From assembly GCF_009914755.1 (NCBI RefSeq), contig NC_060934.1: DNA of 64,000 nucleotides; one strand, written 5' to 3'. A model generated the notes under the pieces. That model had not been told where the DNA came from, did no database searches, and saw only the letters and a program-made list of their open reading frames with translations. The DNA comes from the human T2T-CHM13v2.0 reference genome, Homo sapiens. A program made the translations under genes and the position numbers. Positions 26,241 to 39,479 of the stretch are shown here, one piece after another (within the stretch, counting starts at the first letter, position 1; every line of letters starts with the position of its first letter).

Positions 26241-28859
26241 TAAAGCTCAATAATTGATATATTTTATTGCAGTGAAAAATGCATTATTTATATTGATACA
26301 TAACACTGGCACATATTTACAGAGAACACATTTTCTTGCATAGAACAGGTATTGATGAAGTCAGCATATTTAGGATATTTATCAACTCCGGCTACAGTTA
26401 ACAATGTATTGTATGTTTCAAAAATGCACTGATTGTGCTCTTGTAGTCACTTCTTAGGTTTTCATGTGATGCTATGATAGTACACTAGGTTCTATGGAGA
26501 AGGCAGAATGACAGTCCTTGTAACAAAGCTGTCTCAACATCAGGACACACATCCTCTACTACACCCATGGATAAGTAGAATCCATAAACATGAGAGCAGC
26601 CTGATCTGTAGCAAGCAGAACCCTAACGCCTTCTAGGAGCACATTTGTGCCTATTTTGAACAATCCACTGAATGCAAGGAGGTGGTGCATGTGTACGAAT
26701 GGCAGATGAGTGTGTGTTTTCATTTCAGAAGAATTCTTCCTCACTACCACGTTAACCCTTTTGGAATTCTATACCTTTAACTATGTCACTCCAGTCATTT
26801 TTAAATGGAACGTTTAGAGCTAAAGATTGCTGACTGATGTGACAGAGAAAATCGTGTTCCTGCCTGTGTACAGACATTTTTCAAGCATGTCCCTGTTCAT
26901 ACATACGGACATGAAGACTCCTAGAAAATGCTGTGGGTACATTTCTCTCCTGCCTCATGAAAGTGCTAGAGATGATTTGCGGTGAAAAAATAGGCACCAA
27001 GTTTTAAGTTTTATTTTCACCATGCTTGTACTTTGTTCTGCTTTTAGCAGCAGCGTGATGTCAGACACATTTAAATCAGATGAAAACCTGAATTTTTCAT
27101 ATTAATTAAAGTTCAACGGATTCCTTATAAAGAATACATGAAAAGATCAGCGCTGATGGGGGGGGAGGGGTGTGGGGGAAGTCACGTGGGATGGATTTTC
27201 TGAAGATTAACTGTGGCTGAGTTGAGATCCCTCCTGGGCTTTCTGGACTGATTCCAAATTTAGAAAGCGATTGACAAGCAATGGTACCTTATCCTGCACG
27301 AATTTTTTTTTCCTCTGAAGAGGAGCAGAAATGAAGAGAAAATAAATGTTTCCAATGAGTAGTGATGTAGACAAGTTCTTGTGTGTGCTCTCACATGTGT
27401 GTGTTTACTGGGAACTTCCACAAAATAACAAATTTGTGCAAAAAAAATTGGACTAACAAAGGTTCTGTGTGCAGATGTCTCTGCCAGCATAAGACAGGAA
27501 ACATTAAGGTCTGTGACTGAAGAGTCCTTTTTCCAGTGATAACAGGTGTCTATGACTAGCAGCCTGAAGATGCGATCACAGCAATTCCTGCCAAGTTCTT
27601 AGATCATCCCCACGTGACCAGCAGAATTCATCTGAGTTCAGTTATTTATGTTTAAACTCACAAATGGAGATCTTTACGGCATTATTTGGCAAACATAGAC
27701 ATAGGAAAAAATAATACAATGGAGGCATGTATTATCTTACTAAAAAGTGAATTTGGACTCAAAGGAAATTCATGGAAATGAATCTCTTTGAACTACCTGT
27801 TATACATTCTGACGGTGGACAGAATCTATCACTCTGAGTGAAGGAGATGGTTTTTGTCCTTGATCTAGTCTGGTAGGGTCCTATCTTCCCTGATCCCATC
27901 AGCTGTTTTCTTTCCAGAGGGTTTCCAGAAAGGTACTGACTGTAGGACATAGCCAGAACCTCTGTGCCAGCTTCCCAATGCCTAGGGCTTCCTGCTGTAA
28001 CAGTTGGTGTTAGTCACTGCTATTTTATTGCTACCAATGTGCCTACTTTATCTATCTCTGTCTTTTTATACTTGAACTGCTGATGAGAAGACAATGATAT
28101 CTAATTAGGAAATCCTAAATTATTCTTTTAATCTTTCACACTATGCTTTTGGTGCAGTGCATCGGATTGTAATGAATCCCACTTCCGCACGTAGAACGCA
28201 CATTTCTTGTGATTCAGTTTCAATCTCCTTTCTCGTATTTGCTTGCTGTTTGATCAGTTGGCCTTAGCAAAGTGGAATTTAGGGCATAGTACTTATGACC
28301 CAATATGCCCCTTGATAGTGATGCTCTAATTTTGGAGCATGACCTGGTAATAGTACACTTGGGTAAACTAGATATGACAGAGTTTACATTGCCATTATTG
28401 AGCGTTGACAAAAAACACATAAATATGATTGTGGCTAATCATAAAGACAAAAAGTAAAAATTTGGCTTCTACCATGGTGGTATTAAGATTCTTTGATATG
28501 GTGATGGCCTGATACCAGACCTGAAAAAGTCAAGAACCAAGGCTCCGGTCACGAGCAATGTGCTTTTCCTAGAACTCATCAGCCTTCCTTGCCATGACCA
28601 TTATTACATTCTTACAGTTCAGCTGTATCTCTACTGTCATTTACTAGAAAGAATCACTTACCCTGTCCTTGTGCTTTTGATAGGAATCAATCACTTTCAG
28701 TGCCTCTCCCCTGGAAACCACCCAAACTTGTCTCTGCTGCTTTTTGATAATTTTCAAATGCTGCAACCTCTATGCAGTGGGGCAAAGGATAAAATGGCCA
28801 TGAGAATATGCATTTGCAAAGCTTTCGTAACAGAAATTGTCTTTGATGCTGAATATTAC

Positions 28860-29590
28860 TAATCATTAGGGAAAGACAAAACCACAGTGAGATACCATCT
28901 TGCACCAGTCAGAATGGCTGTTATTAAAAAGTCAAAAAAATGAAAGATGCTGGACAGATTGCAGAGAAAAGAGAACACTTACACACTGCCAGTGGGAAGG
29001 TAAGTTAATTCAGCCAGTGTGGAAAGCAGTCTGGAGATTTCTCAAAGAACTTGAAGTACCACTTGACTCAGTAATCCCATTACTGGGTATATACTCAAAA
29101 GACTACAAGTCGTTCTACCATAAAGACACGTGCCATGTGTATGTTCTTTGTGGTGCTATTCACAGTTGCAAAGACATGGAATTAATCTACATGCACATCA
29201 GTGGACTGGATAAAGAAAATGTGGTACATGTACACCATGGAATACTACACAGCAATGAAAAAGGATAGAATCACGGTTTTTGCAGCAATATGGATGCAGC
29301 TGGAAGCCATTATCCTAAGCAAATTAACACAGCAACAGAAAACCAAATTCTGCATGGTCTCACTTACAAGTGGGACATAAACATTGAATACACGTGGACA
29401 AAAAGAACAACAATAGATACCAGGCCTTATTGAGGGTGGAGGGTGGGAGAAAAGTAAAGATTGAAAAACTACCTATCACTACCTGGCAAAGTTGTTGTAC
29501 ACCAAACCCCTACAACATGCAATTTAGCCATGTAACAAACCCACACATGTACCCCTTGAACCTAAAATAAAAGTTGGAAAGTAAAAAATG
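28860..29590 (+). mobile_element. L1PA15/16-like 3' end
   Basis: ORF2 C-terminal remnants (WKAVWRFLKEL...IPLLGIY) and 3'UTR gaacctaaaataaaagttgg. Confidence 0.85.
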
Positions 29591-29847
29591 TTTTGCCTTT
29601 TTATGCCTCCACATTGTCTTAATAACACACTGTTGAATTACTCATAGCAGATAAGTTAACTCCTGGTAAAATTTCATTCAACCTGTTGATATCCACAAGC
29701 TCTTTAAATTGTGGAGGGAGAGTAGGTTAAAAAAAAAAAAACTAAAAGAAACATGACTTAAAGTTGTATACGTAAAACCAGAAAGAAAAAAAAAAGTGTA
29801 ATGAATTGGGGAAATAGCTAATAGGGTATGTAAGGATGAAATGAGTG

Positions 29848-30161
29848 TTGTTGTTGTTTTGTTTCTTTTTTTTTTTTTTTTTTTTGAGACAGAATCTCTG
29901 TCACCCAGGCTGAAGTGCAGTGGCGCGATCTCGGCTCACTACAAGCTCCGCCTCCCAGGTTCACGCCATTCTCCTGCCTCAGCCTCCCAAGTACCTGGGA
30001 CTACAGTTGCCCGCCACCATGCCCAGCTAACTTTTTGTATTTTTAGTAGAGACAGGGTTTCACCGTGTTAGCCAGGATGGTCTCAATCTCCTGACCTCAT
30101 GATCTGCCCGCCTCGGCCTCCCAAAGTGCTGGGATTACAGGCGTAAGCCACCGTACCCAGC
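29848..30161 (-). mobile_element. AluY with TSD tgaaatgagtg
   Basis: AluY diagnostics; TSD at 29837-29847 and 30162-30172. Confidence 0.95.
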
Positions 30162-31499
30162 TGAAATGAGTGGTTTTATGAATTCTACCATCACGCAACT
30201 TGGTTGAGTTGAATTTTATAAATTAAATAAATAATGCACCTGATGTAAAAGCTGCAACAGTAAACGATTAGAAAAAAGTAAAGTTTCACGGCTTTTTGTC
30301 ACTGATGTATGTTACTTGAGAAATGATATGCAAACCCATTCACACTTTTTCCCTCCTTGGGTTGCATCTAACTTTTGTGCATCCTTCTGGTTAGAACTTA
30401 CTGAAACAGGCAAGTAAGTAATTATAACTGAGCCAAAGGATATGCTATGTAAAGAGAAGACACACATTTTCAAATATGAAGGTCAAAATACAAATTTCTA
30501 ATATAAAAATAAATTTTAAAGAAGAGTTGAGTGCTTGCTGTGTCCCTACCAGTAACTCACCTACACTAGGATATTCTTAGTAAGCAAAATAAAGGTTGAC
30601 ACACCAAGGGATAGTAAAACTAAAACACCCAGAGTGAACACTTAGAATGAATATTTAAGCCCTTAAACATCATGGAGGTTTGTTTGCACTGATTTATATG
30701 ATAACAAATAGAAAATGTATTTAGAGAATTGTTTTTGAATGCTCAATGACAAATTTGAATAAACCCAGCCATCGTGAATCTGCTAAACTTACTATGAATC
30801 ACTGCAAATGGGACACCAATGCTTTCCTTGACTTTAATACTAAAAGACATGACTCAAATGGTTTATTTGATAATAATTGAAAACCTTGATAATGAGAAAA
30901 TTTATTTTCTACTGTGAGATATTTTTTATGGAACAAGTACGTTTTCTAAATCCATCATTCAAAGGCTGTTTTCATTCATCACTTTGAAATGTACTTTTTT
31001 TTTTAACATTGCTCTTCTTCCTGTGAGAAAAAAATAGAAAAATCTTTAAATTTCCATATGTATTTGTCTACTTTCTGATTGTTTGACCAAATGAAAATAT
31101 GATGGTTTTATGCCTTTTATTCTATGGGGAGAGGGAAGGTAACTACTTCTATATTATTTCCTTCTTTATTAATATCTGTGTGGTAAAAGAACATCAAATA
31201 CACATAATAAATTGGGGAATTCAACCCAGCTGACAAAGAATGTTATTAAAAGAAAACCACCCAAATACATGGTTTTCAGCCAGGAGAACAAAAGATGTGA
31301 GGCTTCTTTGGTTGAACCTTCTTCAGCATCACAGCAGTAAGCAGAGTCCTCGTTTTTCTGCCCTCTTGCATTTGCAGAGGGAGTAATGCTATGCGTTGTC
31401 AAGAATAGAATAAGCCAGTTCATTCATGAAAACTTTAATGGGAGCCAAATAGAATTTCTATTTTGGCTGAGGACATTGGTGTGAACAACAATGTCAACT

Positions 31500-31670
31500 A
31501 TTTATTTCTTGCCTGCTATATGTCTACCATGTCTTTAATTCTGCAATCACCTCTTAAGTCAAACTTTATTATCTTACTAGAGATGAGCAAAACAGGATTC
31601 AGAGAGGTTAAAGGACATGCCCTACGAAAAACAGCAACTTCCGAAGCCAGGATTCTAACAAAGAGCTCCA
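31500..31670. mobile_element. MIR fragment
   Basis: gatgagcaaaacaggattcagagaggttaaaggacatgccc core-like motif. Confidence 0.6.
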
Positions 31671-34238
31671 TCTAAAAAGATGAGGACTCTTCATTTCCTC
31701 CTCAGTGAATGGGATCCTGGGGTTGGAAAAGATAATGTTTCCTAAAACGACTCCCCAATTTAAAGCAAAGCAAATTCAATCAAAAGCCAGAAAAAAAATA
31801 TAGTATTAACAAGTTTCCTTAAGCATACATAAAACCAATGTTTTTAAAATCACTCTCAAGAGTTAATTAAAAATGGGTAAGACACATTTGCATCTAGTTT
31901 GAAGTTCCTTTTTCTAGACACTGACACAAAGTCACTGAATATTTCATTTAACTTTTTAAAGAGATATTTATAAAGTTTTTTAAAATGTTATCACTGATAT
32001 GATGTGAATTTTTGATAAAAATCAGGAACGATACCTGCCTCTTTGACTGTTATTCTTCACCACAGTGTGAACAAATTGAATACAGCCTTTCAAAATCACC
32101 AAGCTTTATTTTAAGCTTACTTCTGAATACATGCTTTGTACTTCCATATTTTGTGTTTGGCTTTTCTGATATACAAATGAGAACTATGATGGTCTTATAA
32201 AGCATCCCTTAAAGTTTAATATTAAAGCAGAAAAAACTATAGCATCATAATATTTTATCTAATTAAATGTTAAGTCTGGTTTAAGGGTATAAATATTTTA
32301 TAAGATTAACCCTTCAGAATCTGGACACACAGAAAGCATGGACACTGTTTGTGACAGATAAGCTATAAAGACTACCATCTTTTGGAGTCAATGATTCTAA
32401 AAATGAGATCAGACCTCCAAATGGTTCAAACTTCATTTTTAGTCTAGATTCTTTAATCAATTAATGAAATTAACTAATATAAGCCAAGACTTGTGTTAAC
32501 TGGAAAGATACTAAATCTTACTTTGTTCCCTTGTATGTATAAGTTAAAATTTAGTTTGCAGATAGCATAACTTGCCTAAGCAAAAACAATTTATTTTTTA
32601 AATGCTCTACCTCTTAGAATTTAAGAAACAAAATATGACTGGGCTGGGGGAAAAACAGACACAAGTGCACAAATAATGTCAGAACTCTGTCTTCATCTGA
32701 ACGTTTCTACTCTTTTTTTCTTCCTCATATCCTCCCTCTCACCCTGCCTCTTCTCGCTCTCATTGAAGACAGTCAATCTTTCTTTTTCTGGTCCATGTGG
32801 GAGACTCATGTCGTATAACACCCAAGCTGTTGCTCGTATGGCTACAGTGACTTGAGAAATACCATATTGGAAATCTGAGTCCTAAATGTAGCTTCCTTCA
32901 GACTTAGATGTTGCTTCTGAACCAATCAACTGGGTACAGACATACACAGGGTCATGTGTATAAAAAGGATCACAGTGATATTTATGTGAATAGAGATTGT
33001 AATCCCAAAATTGGGGAGTAGACTTCAGGGAAGAAAAATCCCAAAATTGTCACTATCATGTGAATCCAAATCACTGCCCCCAGTTTACAGTGCAGAAGTT
33101 ATCACATCAACTTATTCTCCCTTCCTCTTCCCCTCCACACCTTAAGGTATATAGGCCAGTGTTGCTTGACTCACTGCACATCAGTCAGTTTAAGATGAAC
33201 ACTGCTTAGTTCAGTTGTTTTCAGAGTTGAGATTCATGGTGCATTCCAACTGTACTTGGCATGAGTTACTGAGTACACTTAGAGAAGCTGCCAAAATGTG
33301 CAGAGTGTCTTTGGCAGAAGAAAAAAAACAGATGGTCCCATCAAATGGATCACGTTTCATGGGTACTAAATTAGATTCAAAGAGAAGAGAGTGGTGTCTA
33401 CCTGGGGAATATGTTTTCAAAGGTTAGATATCTCAGTTATCATAAGCTAAGGCTTAATGCTTCAAAAAGTTGATTAGGAATTTGAGCATATAGGCCACAT
33501 TCCAGCTATTGAAGTGATGGAGGGAAAGGGTGCTTCCAGAAGACACTCAAGCATGATCAGAAATTACAGCAGAGTTGCTGAGGTCTAGGAAGCAGTGACA
33601 AGTTGACAGATCACACTGGCAAAAGTGTTCAGACATGAGCATAGTCAATGTGGCTAACACATCAATATGCATGACCACAAGATGAGAAAACAGAACTTCA
33701 AAGGGGCTAAGGTACACAAGCAACATAATAGGTTTCCAATTGACTCTGTAGAGACTTTTGAGCATGAAGAGCTTTTGGAGATTGGTCAGTCTAAATGCAT
33801 TTTGCAGGTGAGAAACCTGAGGTCAAAAGAGGTAAGCATTTAGTATCAGGTCTCCTGATGCTGGAAACAGTGCTGTTCTATACCTCATTAAACAAGAACT
33901 TTGAGTTAATAATCCAAAGAAAAATGATCTACTGGGGAAGACTACCTTCAAATAAATGCAGCCAGGACTGCTTTGTTTAATAACAGCTTGTTTCAGGCAA
34001 CCTTTCTGTTTTAGTAATGAATGTGATGAGAGTCATTCAAGAGTCATCAATAGGGGAGTGTGAGTTGTCAATCCTGGGATAGGACTCGGCCAAAAATTCA
34101 ATTTATGGTTTAATGAACTTGATAAAAACCCATGTGTGGGTAGCCACTTAATAAGAAACAGTGAACTTGGTATTAAGGGACAGATCTAACACATATCTCG
34201 TAATGCTAAACTGACACATGGGATGGGGCAGGGATAAC

Positions 34239-34947
34239 TGTGGGAATCGTGCTTTCTTCTTGCATAGCATAGAGTTGCCCTAGAAAGCAACTGCCCAGCC
34301 AGAGTCTATGTTCCCCAGTAGTCCTTGCGCTAGGTCCAGAATGACAATAGAAGTGATAAATATGGTGCGTGCAACCCATGGTGCTTAAGAAACAGTCATT
34401 CTGAGCAAACTATCGCAAGGACAGAAAACCAAACACCGCATGTTCTCACTCATAGGTGGGAATCGAACAATGAGAACACTTGGACACAGGGTGGGGAACA
34501 TCACACACCGGGGCCTGTCCTGGGGCGGGGGAGAGGGGAGGGATAGCAATAGGAGATATACCTAATGTAAATGACGAGTTAATGGGTGCAGCACACCAAC
34601 ATGGCACATGTATACATATGTAACAAACGTGCACGTTGTGCACATGGACCCTAGAACTTAAAGTATAATAAAAAAAAAAAAAAAGAAAAGAAAAAGAAAC
34701 TGTGTGCATTTTCCATGCTGTTTCCCCACTGTCTATTAGCTGGAAGCAGAGAATTCTCAGACCTTGTTCATGAATGACAGAGCCACAAATGGGAAGGAAC
34801 ACAGGTCCCTACACCACAGCTTGGAGGAAAGATTTCCAAAGTTCAGGAACATCCAGATTACATGGTTACTTGAGGAAGAAATAGGTTGAAGTCCTGAAAG
34901 TTTGGGAGTTAATTCGTTAAAGCTGCTAATGAACCTAATTAATATAA
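34239..34947 (+). mobile_element. MLT1 (about MLT1J) MaLR LTR split by an L1PA
   Basis: gcaactgcccagccagag...gacagagccacaaatgggaaggaacacaggtccct...ctaattaatata. Confidence 0.65.
34396..34699 (+). mobile_element. Short L1PA 3' end with A-tail
   Basis: L1PA 3'UTR; approximate TSD aagaaac(a/t)gt. Confidence 0.93.
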
Positions 34948-36899
34948 TAGACTATTTCCTTGTATCCATGTAGACTCCATGTTGGGGGCATCTGAAAATC
35001 CATGATAATAGACCATGCTCCCAAAGGGGTCTGTTTAAGTGGAGAAGATCTGATAGAAATTCATAATACATAGAAATTACCAGTCTGAGCATCTTTCTAT
35101 CATAGTTCCTCCAGCATTGCTTCAGCATTCAGTCTCTCTGCTCTGTCTCTTTGCATATCAGAAGACAAAGTTGTACACTAAAATTTGACTTATAATTTGA
35201 TTCCATGACTCGACTCAAAGAATAGTATGAGAGAAATTTCCAAAGAACTGCTGGCAATTGCATAAGCTGCTATTTCTGACATAATTCTCTAACCATTGCC
35301 TTTAGGGCCAATGCATCCTAATTTGTTAATGCCAACAAGAAAATCTCAGAGATGACCAAGATACTGAAATAGCCCAACAAGTGAGAGACAGCCTCAAGGG
35401 GTATTCATATAGTAAAAGATACACAGAATATCAGATCAGGAGAGGGCCCTAATAAGCATCCAATAATCGTGCTCCACTCCTTCAATTTACATAAGATTGG
35501 CTTTATTTTTTAATGTCACTCAGAACAAATGACTTACATTCTGAGATTCCTGACTTAGAGTTTTTTCACTAAGAAACACTATATTCACTTCGAACTCATC
35601 ACAAATCCATACTTCTCTTTAGTGATCGCTTTTCTTTGTCTTAAATTATATCAACAATTGACTTAGGTACACAGGGAACATGTTCTAACGATATGAGATT
35701 CATATAGCAATGTTAACATCTTACAATCATCAAAACTATTATAGGGAAGTATAGCAATACTTGCCACCAAATATCCCTGTGAATAGCACAACAACATGAT
35801 TTTATTAACCATATTTTAACCATGAAAAAAATCAAAGGTAACACAAATGTTGGAGGAACTTCTGCCAGTTCCTTCTAATATGCACTGACATATGAAGTGA
35901 TTTGCATAAGATAATTCTACAAGGGTAGAATTGGTATTTACAACAGAATTCTTGCCCTTGACATACTTTCTTAGAATTAAGAGATTCTAGGTAGTTGCAA
36001 TGTAATATCATTCAGTAGATTGTTTTTCAAATAAGAGTACGTTTGAGAATTGATAATGTCATCTTTTCCATTAAAGGCTCATAATTGTAGGAAAAAAACA
36101 GCCAATAGTTATTTTATTTCGGGTCAATTCAAGTTCTTAAAAAACTTGAAGTAAAATATATCAAGTTACTAACATGATACAAGGAGAACTGAGAGTTGTG
36201 TCTTCATCCAAATGGCTTTTTCAATCATTTTTAATAAAGATTAAACAAAAATGACCATGATGCTAATGCATTAACACCTGGAGAATTTTTATTTTTGAAG
36301 TAAAATCAGTGAATCATATGCTAGATATTTTGATTTTGATTTTATGCATATAGATATTTTATATCCAGATGTTTTATATCTAGATATTTTATATCTACAG
36401 ATATAAAGATATTTTGATTGTGTCATTACATGACACCTCTTAGGACATAACCACATATGTGGCAGAAATTCCTCCCTCCACTGGAAAAATACTGGAAGAG
36501 CATGAAGAATTGCAATCTGCTATTGATTATTAAAATGACAGGAGGGTCTTTCTCTGCCAGGAGAAACCGTGAAAATAGGAGACCAATGGGCAGAATGGAG
36601 AGGAAACTCTCAGAAATGGAAATGACAAAAGACACAAGTCTTCCTTCTCCTCTATACAAATAAAGGAAGAAAGAAGATATTTAGACAAAAGGAATGATTA
36701 ATTCACACTGCCTACTGTGGCAGCCAAATGACCCATAAGAAAAGCCCCTCAGCCATAGAGTTGAAGGTAGATGAAGCCACTGTACACCAAAAATTTGTAG
36801 AGCTCTGTGTGTATATGTGTGATTATGTGCTGTGATTCTTAATACAGGCTAAGAAGTGGCTGGATAACCCTATGCTCCATCCTAAAAATCACCCTTTAG

Positions 36900-37365
36900 G
36901 ATTGCACATAGAAAAATGCAATGAAATAGCATTCAACCTTAAAAGAGGAGATTCTACCATTTACCACAATGCGGATGAACTTGGAGGACGTTATGCTAAG
37001 TGAAGTAAGCCAGACATAGGGGGAAAAAGTACTGTGTGATCTCATTTGTATGCAGAATCTAAAACAGGTTGAATAAATAGAAACAGTAGAATTGTGGATA
37101 CTGGGAATGAGGGGAAGGAAATGAGATGTAGGCCAAAGGGTACAAATTTGCAGTTGTGAGAATGAATAAATCTAGAGATCCAACCCAAAACATGAAGACT
37201 ATAGTTGATAACATTGTATACTGAAAATTTGCTATGATTTTAGGTTCTCTTATCACAAAAGGTAACTACAGAAGGTGATAGATTGGTTTGTTTGACTTTC
37301 ATAATTTCACTGTGAATATATCAAAATATATTGTATACCTTAAATATATACAATAAATACATTTT
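36900..37365 (+). mobile_element. L1MA/L1MB 3' end
   Basis: gatgaacttggaggacgttatgctaagtgaagtaagccag...ccttaaatatatacaataaa. Confidence 0.8.
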
Positions 37366-37414
37366 TAGAATAATGCTCTTTAAATAGCAAGATGAAAAAA
37401 CAACAAAGAATTTT

Positions 37415-37520
37415 AGCTGGGCACTGAGGTATATGCCTGTTATCCAAACAATCTTGGAAGGCTGAGGCAGGAGGATTGTTTCAGCCCAGCATTTTGAGCC
37501 TGGGCCACATAAAAATTAAA
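37415..37520 (+). mobile_element. FLAM-like Alu monomer
   Basis: gctgggcactgagg...ggctgaggcaggaggattg. Confidence 0.7.
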
Positions 37521-38443
37521 ATATATATGTAATAATGCAAATCAAATTTTCATAAATCATCCAAAGAACTCTAGACTTACAAGTTCTCATCCTAAAAATT
37601 TCTAAATTTTTGTCCAAAAATATGAAACATAATTTTACCTATAACAAAAAGATACAGTAAGATATAAAATGTAAATATCTGTGAATAAATCACTTAATCT
37701 TCAAGGAAATCTCTCATCCATTTCTGGATCCAATCATCTTTTCAGAAATCTATGTTAAATAGTGAAACAAAATTAAGGATGTTATCACATTGTTATTTAA
37801 GTAATAGTAGCAATCAGAAACAGATATAATGGAAGAGTTACTAGTATAGTATATACATTATAAATCTAATTTTGGTATTTAAAATTTAAGTTATATACAC
37901 GTGGTTAAAAAAATCAGTTTTTAAAAAGGGGGTTCCTCAGTTAAAAGTTTATTTAATCTCTACTCTGACTTTTCAGTTATTCGCTCTAAAGGCAACTAAA
38001 TTTATCATTCTAGAGATATTTTTTATATGCCAGAATGTATGTATCCATATCCACCTTTTGAATTTCACACAAATGGTGGCATACTATTCATACTGGCTAT
38101 TCTATGATTGCCTTTTGCTCTTAACTATATGCCTCATAAATCATTCAATATAAAGACACATAGGTATTGCTCATTCCTCTATCTTCTTGACACAAAGAAA
38201 ATATGGAAAACTTCTTGGCATAAGGAAAACTAAAATCAGAAGTTCATCGAGTTATTTAAACCTGATGAACTTTCAGAAACTGAATATTCCTGTGTATCTA
38301 CCACATAGATCAAGAACCAGAACATCACAGCAACTCAGCCACCCTCTTGGGGCTTCCTCCAGTCACCACTCACAAAGGGTGACTGCCATTGTGACTTCAA
38401 ATACCTTTCCTGAATTTTGTCTGTGTTAAAACTTTATAGAATT

Positions 38444-38743
38444 GGCCCGGAACGGTGGCTCACGCCTGTAATCCCAGCACTTTGGGAGGCCGAGGCAGGC
38501 AGATTACAAGGTCAGGAGATCGAGACCATCCTGGCTAACACAGTGAAACCCCGTCTCTACTAAAAATACAAAAAATTAGCCAGGCGTGGTAGCGGGCGCC
38601 TGTAGTCCCAGCTACTCAGGAGGCTGAGGCAGGAGAATGGCGTGAACCCGGGAGACGGAGCTTGCAGTGAGCCGAGATTATGCCACTGCGCTCCAGCCTG
38701 GGCGACAGAGCGAAACTCCGTCTCCAAAAAAAAAAAAAAAAAA
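38444..38743 (+). mobile_element. Full-length AluY with TSD aactttat(a/g)gaatt
   Basis: accatcctggctaacac, gaatggcgtgaacccggg, gagcttgcagtg; flanking direct repeat. Confidence 0.96.
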
Positions 38744-38779
38744 TACAACTTTATGGAATTAAATCACATAGTATATCCA

Positions 38780-39300
38780 TTAGGTACTGCCACAATAATG
38801 CTGCATAATAAGTCATGCCAAAATTGAGTGGCTTAGGAAAACAATTATTCCTACTTATGCTCAGTGTGGAGCTGCATTTCAGATTTAAGGTATTTTTCTT
38901 CATTTTTTATCATGATAGCATCGGTTATACCAGGGTTCAACAACATGGTATGACAGAAACAGGCAGTAGGCCATATTTTCCCTGCCTCTGGATATATTAA
39001 CGTTGTACATGACCCCAAAATCTCAGTGGCTTAACACAACTAAAGTTTTACTTCTTGCTCACAGGGGCATGACCAACACAGGTTATTTGGGGCAGGAATA
39101 GACATACATCAACACTTTGATAATGACCATGGCAATGGGGGCAAATGTAGATGCTAACACACTGGCTAACAGTTACCACCGAGAAGTGATGAATGTGACT
39201 TTGCCCTTTTACTGGCCAAAGCCCTTCAAATAGACTTAGCCTCATTTCGAAAAGGGCAGGGAAATGCAATCCATTTCTGTGCCTAGATGGAGAGGAGATC
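38780..39300 (-). mobile_element. Old MLT1-like LTR fragments
   Basis: Two copies of the ccaaaa...agtggctta motif; gggcagggaaatgcaatcc. Confidence 0.5.
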
Positions 39301-39479
39301 TAGAATATTGGTGAATGTACTCATAACTATAGTTGTTGCTGTATCTGGACCATATGTGGTCAGGTACCCTGAGGAGCCTCCACACTGTGTGTCTGCTAAT
39401 ATAACAGATCATCACAGATTTGGGGTATGCAAGTATTGATATGGTGACTATAATTGATACAGTAAATTATTTTCAAAAT

